From the NCBI GenBank assembly GCA_964106915.2, contig OZ066915.1: a stretch of DNA of 64,000 bases. The stretch is one strand, 5' to 3'. Below, piece by piece: positions 38,101 to 49,700 of the stretch. This DNA comes from Podarcis gaigeae. Taxonomy: Eukaryota. Numbering within the stretch: position 1 is the first letter of the stretch; each line of letters starts with the position of its first letter. A model generated the notes under the pieces. It made no database searches. It was not told the DNA's origin and saw only the letters and a program-made list of their open reading frames with translations. The translations under genes were made by a program, and so were the position numbers.

Positions 38101-39378
38101 TCTGGGCCATAAAGCAGCCTTTCCTTCTGCCTCCTGCTGCGTCCTGTTCTGCTGGCATTCTGATCCACTCAATGGGGCCTGTTAATTCGCTCTGTTGCGT
38201 TGGGGATGTGGGCTTGCGGAATCTCCACTCATCCCCGTGCAAAGAGCTGAGGGTTCCTTTCCCCGAGTGTATGTGTGCAACATAGCTACTCTGAGTGAAC
38301 CGTTACATCTCCTCAACGCACTACCTTTGCCCGCTTGCTCTTCAATCCCAAGGGCACACACAGCAGCACCCTTCTCTCGCCTCTTTGCTGTTCCCTTACT
38401 ATTTGTACCCTATATAAATGCCCTTGACTGCTGATTTAGATGCTGCTGCTTTGGCAAGAGTTAGCAGAGGCTTGCCATGAAAGGCGAGGGTTTTGTCCCA
38501 CATACAAAGCAATTCTCTACCAGTCAGTTGCCGGCTATGACTTTCCCTATGTCCCCCTCCAAAGCAAGAGGTAGTCTTGGTTGTATAAGGTATTATTATT
38601 ATTTATTATTAAATTTGCATACTATACTTGTAGATCTCAGTTCTGTTCACAACAAGGTGAGTTGATTAAGCTGACGTTCATCAAAAGCATGGAAAGGACT
38701 AGCCAGGTATGTCCATCCTCCTGGGCTCACAATGGTGCTAGGAATGAAGTATCCTTGTGTAGGACCCATTTCAGCTGCTCAGGGGGAGACAGACACCATG
38801 TAGTGCCTCCAGTGGCTTCTTAGGCGATAACCAATAATGTAATAGTTGTTGTAGAAAGGTTTGATGTCATGGGAGCTTCGGATGAGCATCATAACATGTG
38901 GAAGATGCTCACTGGATGCCTTAGGAAACCTCCACACTAGTAACTGAAGAAAGTGCACTCTCCCTACAATGAGCTAGCTACTACTCCCCTAGGCTGTAGT
39001 GCAAGTATTTTTTTAGTGGGCTGGGAAGAATAGTTGCCGCCTTTTGCATGAAGAGCTGCTATATGTACTTTATAGGACGCATAGGAGGGTGTTTTAGTAG
39101 GACTTGTGTTGATGGAAGCCTCTCTCTCTTTTCGAAAACCAAATATGGGCTTGGCTTTTTACAAAGGCACTTACAAGATGGGTAACAATGTTCTGAATTC
39201 TACTCAGTTAGGAGAGGCACCTGTGGTTTCTATCTGGGGTGTTCTGCTTCTTCTGTTTGCTAGTCAAATCTGAGTTCAGTTCAGGCACTCCTTAGGTGAC
39301 AGAGTAATCCTTTTTTCCTTACATTGTACTGCTGACTTCCCTATCAGAGGAAGTGGAAAATCTCAGGCCTTCCAATTA

Positions 39379-39609
39379 CAGTCGTACCTTGAATCCCGAA
39401 TGCCTTGCGAGTCAAGTGTTTTGGATCCCAAATGCCGCAAACCCGGAAGTGAGTGTTCCGGTTTGCAAATGTTTTTTGGAACCCTAACATCTGATACGGC
39501 TTCCACGGCTTCCGATTGGCTGCAGGAACTTCCTACAGCCAATCGGAAGCCATGCCTTGGTTTCTGAACGTTTTGGAAGTCAAACCATTCGACTTCCGAG
39601 GTACCACTG
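39379..39609. mobile_element. Tc1/mariner-type MITE, related family B
   Basis: TA|CAGTCGTACCT...AGGTACCACTG|TA with a different internal sequence. Confidence 0.8.
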
Positions 39610-40437
39610 TATAGGTCTTCATGGTGATTGTTTGTTACAAACTATCTTGTGGCTAAAATTGTTCCAGCAGTTGGAGAAAAAACTAAAATATGCCATCTTC
39701 TCTTTTGTAAACCAGTTCCCAATTTCACTGCAGGCTCTTTCAAGAGCTGAGCCATTTTTTAGGGCGTGGCCTATAGAATGCGGGGCACAAATTTTTTCTT
39801 AGTGATTGATTCAGGGGAAATTAAATAGGTGATCTGGGTTACTGGGTAGGATGTTTATGTGGGAGAAACAGCAGTGTAATCCTATAATCAGGTCTACTTG
39901 TAAGTAAACCCCATTTAGTTCAGGGGGGGCTTACTTCCAGGTATGCAAGTCTTGGATCACAGCCCAAAATAATTTGAAGCGACTCTAGAGGTGATTTGAG
40001 AGATAATCAGTACAGGTAGCTGAAGGACAAATTAATTGATTTGGAGCAGGATCTACTTTGGAGGTAATTGAATTGAAGAGGAACTGATTTGGGGTCATCT
40101 GGGGTAGAGAGAAAATGAATGGAAGAATTTTATCTGGGGTGATGTGCATGGGTTGATTCGTCTTCTGTGACATTGCAAAGTTACATTTGCATTGTATAGA
40201 AATAAAACCAGCATATGCCAACTTGTGTCTATGAACCTGGGCCGCAAATCCTTCAGCCTACCTAGCCATGATGCTACTGCTTGACACCTTGTTAGAGTTT
40301 TAAGGGGCACCTTTCACAGTGAATGCTCATAAGTCCTTGGTTTGTCTTCTGGGAGGCAGGTCTTCACCGTGTTGAGGAGTGAAGATTGTTGGGCCCAGCA
40401 AAAAAAGGGAGGTATGCTAATGGGGTGCATAATGGTA

Positions 40438-40654
40438 CAGTGGTACCTCAGGTTACAGACGCTTCAGGTTACAGACGCTTCAGGTTACAGACTCCGCTAA
40501 CCCAGAAATAGTACCTCGGGTTAAGAACTTTGCTTCAGGATGAGAACAGAAATCGTGCCATGGCGGCAGCGAGAGGCCCCATTAGCTCAAGTGGTGCTTC
40601 AGGTTAAGAACGGACCTCCGGAACGAATTAAGTACTTAACCCAAGGTACCACTG
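40438..40654. mobile_element. Tc1/mariner-type MITE, family A
   Basis: TIRs, TA flanks. Confidence 0.9.
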
Positions 40655-41681
40655 TATTTAGAAACATGCTTTGACACTGATTGAATTGCAGAAAAGCAGG
40701 CCTACTAGACTAGACTTGGGATGTATTTATTTTGCACTTTTTAATCCATCAGACTTCCAAAGAAGTGAGTTTCTAGCTTGCATGAGGAGAAAAAAAATTG
40801 ATGTATGTATGAGCTCTGTTTGTTAGCTGCTGCAAATATAATAGGGTGGGTGGGTGTGATTTCAGGCCCAGGGGTTCACTTGCGGACATTCAAGCTTCTC
40901 TAACTAGGCCTCAGGACTCCCATCCCCAGGCCATGTGACTCACGTGCCCTGCTTCACACCCTCTCCCCCACCCCCCCGCTGCAATATGTCCTTGATCTCT
41001 GATCATGATTCTTGTTTACCTGGGATAGAGAAGCCTGTATATTGAAACTAGCCTACTGTATGCAGGTAAAATGTATGTTTACTGCTCTGCCTGGTTTTGC
41101 CTCTGGTCCCGCCTACCACTGGCATGTGACCCCCCCCCCCCTTCCATGTAGCTTTCAGGGTTTCTTGTGTTTTTCTTGTAGCAAGGAGACAGCATGAGTG
41201 TAGCTGCTCTCACAAATTTATGCTGCTTAATCCCACCTTTGGGGAAATGGAACTTGTGGACACACTCCCTGCTTGCCCAATACAGAATACGGTTTGGAAC
41301 GGTGTTGCAGCATTCTGAGTTAAATGCAGATTCCCTGGAAATGGTGTTTGAAATTGAATTTGTGGTGGCGGCAGCTTTATATAGTGCTCTCGGTGTTTCA
41401 TGACCCTTTAGAAAATTAAAAAGAGGACAGGTTTATGCCCCCAAAAGTGCTTGCAGCCCCAAATGGGGAGACAGGAGTATTGTGAATAGAGATGGAGGCA
41501 GGAGGGTAAACAAAGGAGAATTTTTGTCATAGTCAGCCTTGTAGGCTGCAGAGGTAAGGAGCTTGTGTGAGAGGCTTCGTGGGGGAAAAATTGGGTCAAA
41601 TGCTTTCTTTTCCAGCTCTGCCCCACCGAGCAAAGTCCGCTTGTTAGCAGTGCGGCCTCTGCCACCCACAAGTGATGCACC

Positions 41682-41934
41682 ATGCCCATAGTGGACAAGC
41701 TGAAAGAAGCCCTCAAGCCTGGGCGGAAGGACTCTGCTGACGATGGCGAACTGGGCAAGCTGTTGGCTGCTTCCGCCAAGAAGGTTTTGCTGCAGAAGAT
41801 CGAGTTTGAACCAGCCTCCAAAAGCTTCTCCTACCAGCTGGAGACGCTGAAGAGCAAATACGTTCTGTTGAACCCCAAGACAGAAAACCCCAGCCGACAC
41901 AGGGGCTCTGAAGAGGGACCCATCCGGAAGCAAG
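41682..41934 (+). CDS. USP36: USP36 coding exon 1
   Basis: caccATG start, donor |gtgtg; 253 nt. Confidence 0.95.
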
Positions 41935-44472
41935 GTGTGCCCGTATTCTGGGGGGAATGGTTCTGTGGGAACGGGGGTGCATGTGTGCCCGGCCTCGCTG
42001 ACTTCCCTGTTCTTCTTCCTCTCTGACAGGCGGTGAGCACACCTTGGGAGGAGATGGAGTTCCAGCCCCACAGAAGGTCCTCTTCCCTGTGGATCGCCTC
42101 TCTCTGAAATGGGAGCGGGTGTACCGTGTCGGAGCCGGTCTCCACAACCTGGGCAACACCTGCTTCCTCAACTCCACCTTGCAGTGTCTGACGTACACCC
42201 CACCTCTTGCCAATTACCTGCTTTCCAAGGAGCACAGCCGCAGTTGTGAGTGTGGGGTGTTTGGTTGCATGTGGAATGTCTGGTGCCCCTTGGCAAAGCT
42301 TGCGTGTCATCTGTCTCTTTTCACCTAAGAGTTGCAGGTAGCAAAGGCTTCAGCAGCCTCATGCTTTTCATCTCAGTGCCACTCTGCTGAGGCTTTCATG
42401 AGAGATGGGCCAGGAACAGCAATGCATAACGCTCAGTCTTTAATGGTAATAAAACAGGAGCACCACGGCTAAGAAACTGAACTGTGAATCGCAGTGTTTC
42501 TGATTCAGATTTTGCTGTGCCATAAACTGACCTTTGGTCAAGCTGTTCCCTTTTAACCTCATCCTCCCCATCTCTTGTATGGCTTTTATAATGCCCAAAA
42601 CTACCTTTCAGGGTTGGGATACACATTATAAAGAGACAGTGCAAGTGAAGTGCTTGTGACCACTTCAAGCTGCTGTGCAGAAGCTTAAGTGTTACTATAA
42701 CCCTCAAAAGCCACTCCAAAATCATGCATAAGAGAAATTGGACCCTGCCTCATTTTTCTGAGTCTTGGTTTTCTCACAGCCACAAAAAAATCCTGTTCTG
42801 TTATGCTGCAAATCTTCATGTTTTTCATTGGAAAGAACATTTACTCCATGCAAGGGCTAAAAAATTTCTTATTCCGCCGTGTTCCCCTCTTTTCAGAAAT
42901 TGTCTCGGGGTTTCAGCGAGGGGAGAAATTGAAACATTTTGGTTCGAAGCCTGCTTTTTAAATGGATTTCTTGTATGGGAATTTATAGTGTTAAAAATAT
43001 ATATGCTTCCACTTGGCTGTGTTTGGAGAGAGGGGCTTGAACGATGGAGCATTATTTGGCCCTTGTTTCTCATGTTGTCAAAGTCTTGGGGCACCCCTTG
43101 TGACAAGAGGGGGCTGCATTGTGCCCAGCCACAAGAAAGGGGTTGCATTGTTATGTGATCTTGAGGAGGGGGTTCTGCTTGAAACATGATGCTGGTGGGA
43201 GTGGGAAAAGATGGTGTGTGGATCCAAGGTCAAATAACAGGCAGTGTGCCTTGTCCCCTCCACAGTTCTGCAGCTGGCAGTTCCCTTGCAGCCCTGTGCA
43301 CTCATCCTTGCAGTCAGGGCCTGGGAGGCTGTGCTAACAGCTGCAAAGGAGCAGAGCCAGCACTTGGTTGCACGAGAACTGCTGCTCTAAGCATCCGACT
43401 CATCCTTGTTAGAGGAGCGCTGACTCCTAGTTAGGGAAGTGGACCTGAATGGAGGGAGGCGGGTGGACAAAAGATGTCCCTCCCCAAAAAAGGGGGAGGG
43501 ATGAGGAGGAACTGTTTGGATTAGGGCAAATACTGCTTTGCACCTACTTGCCAGCTTGTTGTTCAGGCTTGAGAAATCACACGCATGGCTGTAGCGTTTT
43601 GGTTCCCTGACCATCTCAGCCAAGTGGACTGCACTACTGAGTACTTTACGATGTGCATGCAACTGGGCTAGGAAGCTATTCCATGCATCTAACAGTGGTC
43701 TGTTCATGTAAGCTATTCTAGCAAGGGGTTGTTGATGCTGTGACCATGGAGGAGATGCCTGCACAAGCGATAGGGATCCTGTGCCCCTCCAAATAATGTT
43801 GGGCTCCTAATCCCATCAGCCCCAGCTAGCATGGGAGCCCAACAGCATCTGTGGCCCCACATGTTCCCCACCCCTAGCCTACAGGTAAGTGCAGACTCTG
43901 CACTCCAATTCAATTTGTGCATTGATTATATCAGTGTGTAGCTTTCCTTGTCACCTTAAATTGCCTCCAGCAGAGAAGAGGCAACTTTTTCCTTGATGCA
44001 TATGCAGCTACTTCTGCAGATGGTTTATCATGAAGCAAGAGCGGTGCATGGCCCTCAAAGCCCGCCTTTCTCTGTCTTTTCCTTTGTCGCCATGGGCCAG
44101 CAGGTTATTTATTTAGTAATGGCTGCCAAAATGCCCTTCTCCCTAGGCTGAGCTCTACTCATGGGTTTTCCGGTTCTGTGAGAGTTGCTCCACCAGACCT
44201 TTGTGCAGCCTTTGCATGAATTCATTCCTGGTCTCTTCTCTTGCAGGCCACCAGGGAGGCTTCTGCATGATGTGCGTTATGCAGAATCACATGATACAGG
44301 CTTTCGCCAACAGCGGCAATGCCATCAAGCCGGTGTCCTTCATCCGAGATCTCAAAAGTAAGCAGCTGAGGGAGCTTTGTTTTGATGAGGCTGTACAGTG
44401 CCGTTGTGATGCATCTCACCGGTACATACAGGGAAAGGGGCCAAAGATCTCTTTGTTTGAAGTGTTGACTGT

Positions 44473-44510
<38 letters not shown>

Positions 44511-46730
44511 TGTACAAATGCCATACACTGCACTGCGAATGAAAAAGCCAGGTGTGCAGATCTCCCCATTGTGGAGCTAAGTCTGAAGACGTGGCAGCTG
44601 GGCGTGCAAATAAATACATACATAAATAGATTAGAGCTATTTTTGGCGCTTCTTTCATTTCTTTTAACCATCCAACTGAGGTTGCCGGTATTTAAGAAAC
44701 TACGAAAGGGAGATTGAAATGCACTATATGCTGTCCCCATCAGCATTTTGCTTAGTTATGTTGAGTTCTGCAGAATCTAGAATAGTTTGAGGTTGTGTGC
44801 GTGCACGTGCTAATAAGCTTCATGTAATTCCTGTGCCCCGGTCAAGTGTCAGCGATGCCTGTTACCTTGGCATGAGCTTGACCTGTGCTGGGCGGGCATA
44901 GGAAGCCAAACTTCAGAGTCCTTTTCCTCCGTCTGGCAGAGATCGCTCGTCACTTCCGCTTTGGCAGCCAAGAGGATGCTCACGAGTTCCTGCGCTACAC
45001 CATTGATGCCATGCAGAAGGCCTGCCTCAATGGTTACACCAAGTATGCACAGCTCCCTGTCTCTGGGGTGGGGAGGGTCAGGGCCGTACCTTTCACTTGG
45101 TGGCAAAGAGATGGGCAGGTGGAGATCTTGCCACCTTCCCCTGTTGTGCAAGCAGCTTCTTGGAAGCATGAACCTTCACAGGTGGAATGTGGGTGGGGGA
45201 AGGGGGGGCATGCTGGGTAAGTCACCACTCAGCTAATGGTGGCTGCTTCTCCTTTGCCCATGGAAGCAAAAGCTAGTAATCCTCCCTGGGGAGGAAAACC
45301 CTAAGGGCTGCTTTTGTGTCCCTGCCACTGTTGAGGCCCCATATTGCTTCAGGAAGGTCTTCTCCACTCTCTTCTTAACCATAGCTGCTTTTCTTCCCAG
45401 GCTGGACCGCCAGACCCAAGCTACCACATTGGTGCACCAGATCTTTGGCGGCTACCTCCGATCTCGTGGTGAGCACAGCTTTAGCCCGGTACCTTTCACG
45501 CCCTTTAGGCTTGAAGCGTTGACCAAGTCCTAGTGATAACTCTACAACTCCAGCTTTTCCTTCATTGCCCAGCTGCGCTTCTGCAATGCCCACCTGACTT
45601 GTGGGCGCACACAGCTGCTGATGTCCCAATACCGCGAGAGTTTCCTGCGGGCTTCCTTTGGCCTCTGCCCAGGTTTTGAAGAGGATATTGGGAATCGGGG
45701 GATTTAGCTGCTTCCCGTGCTGGTTTTGCTAGCTGCCGAGGTGGAAGCGTTGATGTCTCGGAAGTCCCGTTGTGAAATATGACCTTGGCAGGCAGCTGAG
45801 GCCATGAAGAGTAGGCAAGCAACTCTTCTGCTTTCTTTGCAGTGAAATGCTCCGTGTGCAAGAGTGTTTCGGACACTTACGACCCCTTCCTGGATGTGGC
45901 TTTGGAGATCAGGGTATGCCAATGTTAAATCAACGCTTTCCCCTTTTATTTCTTTTCCATGGTAGGCCTAAAGAGGGACATAAGCTGGCAGGGGATTTGC
46001 AAATATGAGCAGATTCATGGTGCTTTCCTACTTATACATGAGCGCTGCGTGTAGGGAGGCATATAGCATGCACTGAGGTGTAGCGAGGATGTGGCATATA
46101 GGTACTTGGTTGCCTGTGCACGGCTGATGTATAGAAAATGATAATAATGGTGGGGTGGGGAACCTGTGGCCCTCCAAATGTTGTTGGACTTCCCAACCAA
46201 CATGGCCAATAGTGAGGGATGATGGGAGTTGTAGTCCAACAATATCTGGAGGGACAGAGGTTCTCCATACGCTGGGCAGGAAAAGAAAAGGGCATCCCAT
46301 CTAAGCTAAGCTAACAGTAGCCGGGGAGGTAGTGGGTGAATAGAACCACTTCCTAAATAATAATAATTTATAATTTATTATTTATACCCCACCCATCTGG
46401 CTGAGTTTCCCCAGCCACTCTGGGCGGTTTCCAATCGAGTGTTAAAAACAATACAGAATTAAATATTAAAAACGTCCCTAAAGAGGGCTGCCTTCAGTTG
46501 TCTTTTAAAAGTAAAATAGTTGTTTATTGCCTTGACATCTGCTGGGAGGGCGTTCCACAGGGCAGGAGCCACTAGCGAGAAGGCCCTCTGCCTGGTTCCC
46601 TGTAACCTCACTTCTCGCAATGAGGGAACCGCCAGAAGGCCCTTGGCGCTGGATCTCAGTGTCTGGACTGAACGATGGGGGTGGAGACGCTCCTTCGGGT
46701 ATGCAGGACCAAGGCTAAAAAACTAAAGAG

Positions 46731-46778
<48 letters not shown>

Positions 46779-49700
46779 TAATGACAACAACAACAATTTT
46801 ATTGTTTATATGCTGCCCTTCTGTCTGGGTTTCCCCAGCTGCTTTTTTCAGAGCTTACCTGAGTGTAGGTATAACCTGAGCTTTGGTGTGATTTCTGTAT
46901 GAATGTCCCTTTTCTGTTTCTGATTACAGCAGACTGCCAACATCGTGCGGGCATTAGAGTTGTTTGTAAAGGCCGACGTGCTAAGTGGAGAGAATGCCTA
47001 CATGTGTGCCAAGTGAGTTGCCTTCCTCTTGACCTATCCATCCCTCCTGCTTGGCACCTTTTCTTTTGCATAATGATGCCTTTATTTATTTATTTATTAT
47101 TTAAAAAAACAGAAGCGTATTTCTAGAATGGAAGTGCTAACTTATGAGGTCTGGCAAATATGGTCTGCTCCACAGCTTCAGTAACTGCTGACTCATGCTT
47201 TAAAAAAAAATCTGTAGGAAAAAGAAAAGGGAGGGGACTAGGCTCACCTCTTAGCTATTTCCAAAATGATGAATTGGGTTGGTCGTGGGAATAACGAAGC
47301 AGAAGAGAAGTTTGGGTATGTATCTTCACAGTGTGTGGTGTGTTTTTTAAAAATTTGGTGCATCTGCTTTCTACAGTGGTACCTCAGGTTACAGACGCTT
47401 CAGGTTACAGACTCCGCTAACCCGGAAGTAGTACCTCGGGTTAAGAACTTTACCTCAGGACGAGAACAGAAATCGCACGGTGGCAGCGAGAGGCCCCGTT
47501 AGCTAAAGTGGTGCCTCAGGTTAAGAACAGTTTCAGGTTAAGAACGGACCTCCAGAACGAATTAAGTTCTTAACCCCAGGTTCCACTGTACTTGAAACCA
47601 AGCCATTTCCCTGATGGTTTCAAGGCAGCCTGCAGGGCAAAGGATGCTAGCTTCAAATGCAGGGAAAGACTTAATAGCCTTCCCCACCCCCTGGTCTCAT
47701 GAGGGGGCAATTGTGCATCTGCATAGCAGGAGGGGAGTTCTCAGGGCATCCCCCATTTTCACTGAGCCTTGCAAGGAGGAGCCAGACTTTGTTGATCTTT
47801 CCTCTTCTCTGTGCCAGGTGCAAGAAGAAGGTGCCAGCCACCAAGCGCTTCACCATTCACCGGGCATCCAACGTCCTCACCATCTCGCTCAAGCGCTTCG
47901 CCAACTTCAGCGGGGGCAAGATCTCCAAGGTGAGGGGGCACAAAGACATCCCTACTCCCCTGGAAGAGGGTTTGGAGGAGCGCTGGTGGCTGCTGTCTTT
48001 CTGACCTTTTAAGGGTCAGTATAAAAAAGACAGTCACAGAACCGAGAAATTACACAAAACAAATTAAATACCGTGAAAATCCCTGAAACAAGAAGTAATC
48101 GACTAGAAATATTATCTTATAAAATTAAACTAAATAACAAAAATCAAGAAGTTTAAGAAAAAAAATTAGAAAAACCTAGAATTGAACAAGGCCTTAACGG
48201 GATACCAGCTACAAACCTCATTTCACTGAACTATTCAGTTTCCTCAGCAGGAAATAGAGAAATCATAAACCTTAAATGACCAAATTCAAAGAAAGGGGGT
48301 AAATCTCCTAAAAATTCTGAAGTACTATAATCCTAGCTGGACCTAGGTGAAGCAAAGTGCAGTAATAAAGGATTGAGGACTCAGAGGTATAGTTTCTAAA
48401 ACTGAGTTTACAAAAGAGGTTTGAAAACCTAAATGGCAAGTTTTAGACACAGCCCAACTTGAAGAAAGCCAAGCACAGTAATAAAGAATTGAGGACTGAG
48501 CTGTGAAAATTTTTGTATTGCCTTTACAAAAAGGTTTAAAAAACAAACAAAAACAACCTAAATGGACAAATTCAAAGAAGGGAATACAAGATAAGCGGTT
48601 TTAGATTTTAAACAAACTCAAGAACAGGGCTGAAAAGCTCCCATGGTCTAGATGTTACTGCTGATGTTGAAGACTGATTATAGTACTTTAGATTTTTTGG
48701 GAGATTTACCCCCTTTCTTTGAATTTGGTCATTTGAGGTCTATGATTTCTCTATTTCCTGCTGAGGAAACTGAATAGTTCAATGAAACAAGGTTTGTAGC
48801 TGGCATCCCATTAAGGCTTGGTTGAATTCTAGGTTTTTCTAATTTTTTCCTTAAACTTTTTGATTTTTGTTATTTAGTTTACTTTTATAAGATAGTATTT
48901 CTAATTGATTACTTCTCATTTCAGGGATTTTCATGGTATTTCATTTGTTTTGTGTAAGGTTTTTTAAGGCTGGCTTTCTTAAGAGCGTAGAAGTCTCCAA
49001 AAACTGTCAGTCTAGGAACCACTTGTTTCCTGGATCAGATGCTGCCTTTGTTTTCCTGTTTATGCACCAGCATCTCCGCTAAGAGGCAGACTCCGAGCGG
49101 GTGGGACAAATCCCCATGGATGCCTTCCCTTTTCCCTTGCAGGATGTCGGCTACCCTGAGTTCCTGAATATCCGCCCCTACATGTCTCAGAGCAACGGTG
49201 ATCCTGTCATGTATGGCCTCTATGCTGTGCTGGTACATTCAGGATACAGCTGCCATGCGGGGCATTACTACTGCTACGTCAAGGTGAGTCCTTTCGTCTG
49301 TTGTCAAAGGGCAGCCTTGGCAGCGGAGAGGGGTGCTTTGCACCCCAGGCTGTGGGGTGGTAATGTGAAGCATTGGCAAGCATCAGTGTGGAAGGCTGAA
49401 CTGTGTGAATGCTCGAAGTGTGTCTAGCTATCTTGCTTGGAATTCCTGCTATCTCACTGCTGGCATTCGGAGTGGCCAGGCTCTTAATGCTGCTTTCTCC
49501 AGAGCTTCAACAGCAAAGAATCTTGGTGATTGCAGACGGTGCATCTCTGGAGCTCTGATGTTCATGTCCAAATGTTATAAGTTGGCTGGAAGTTGTAGGA
49601 GGCAGCGTGCTGGAAAAACATTCTCTCCAGCGGGTGCAGAATGCCACAGTGAGACTCCTTACAGGGTCCTCAATGCAGGATCACATTCACCCGGTGCTAT

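Noticed and set aside
37427-38185. 214-aa minus-strand ORF and neighbours at the USP36 CpG island
   Set aside because: Same GC-content artefact; low-complexity Arg/Pro/Ala translation
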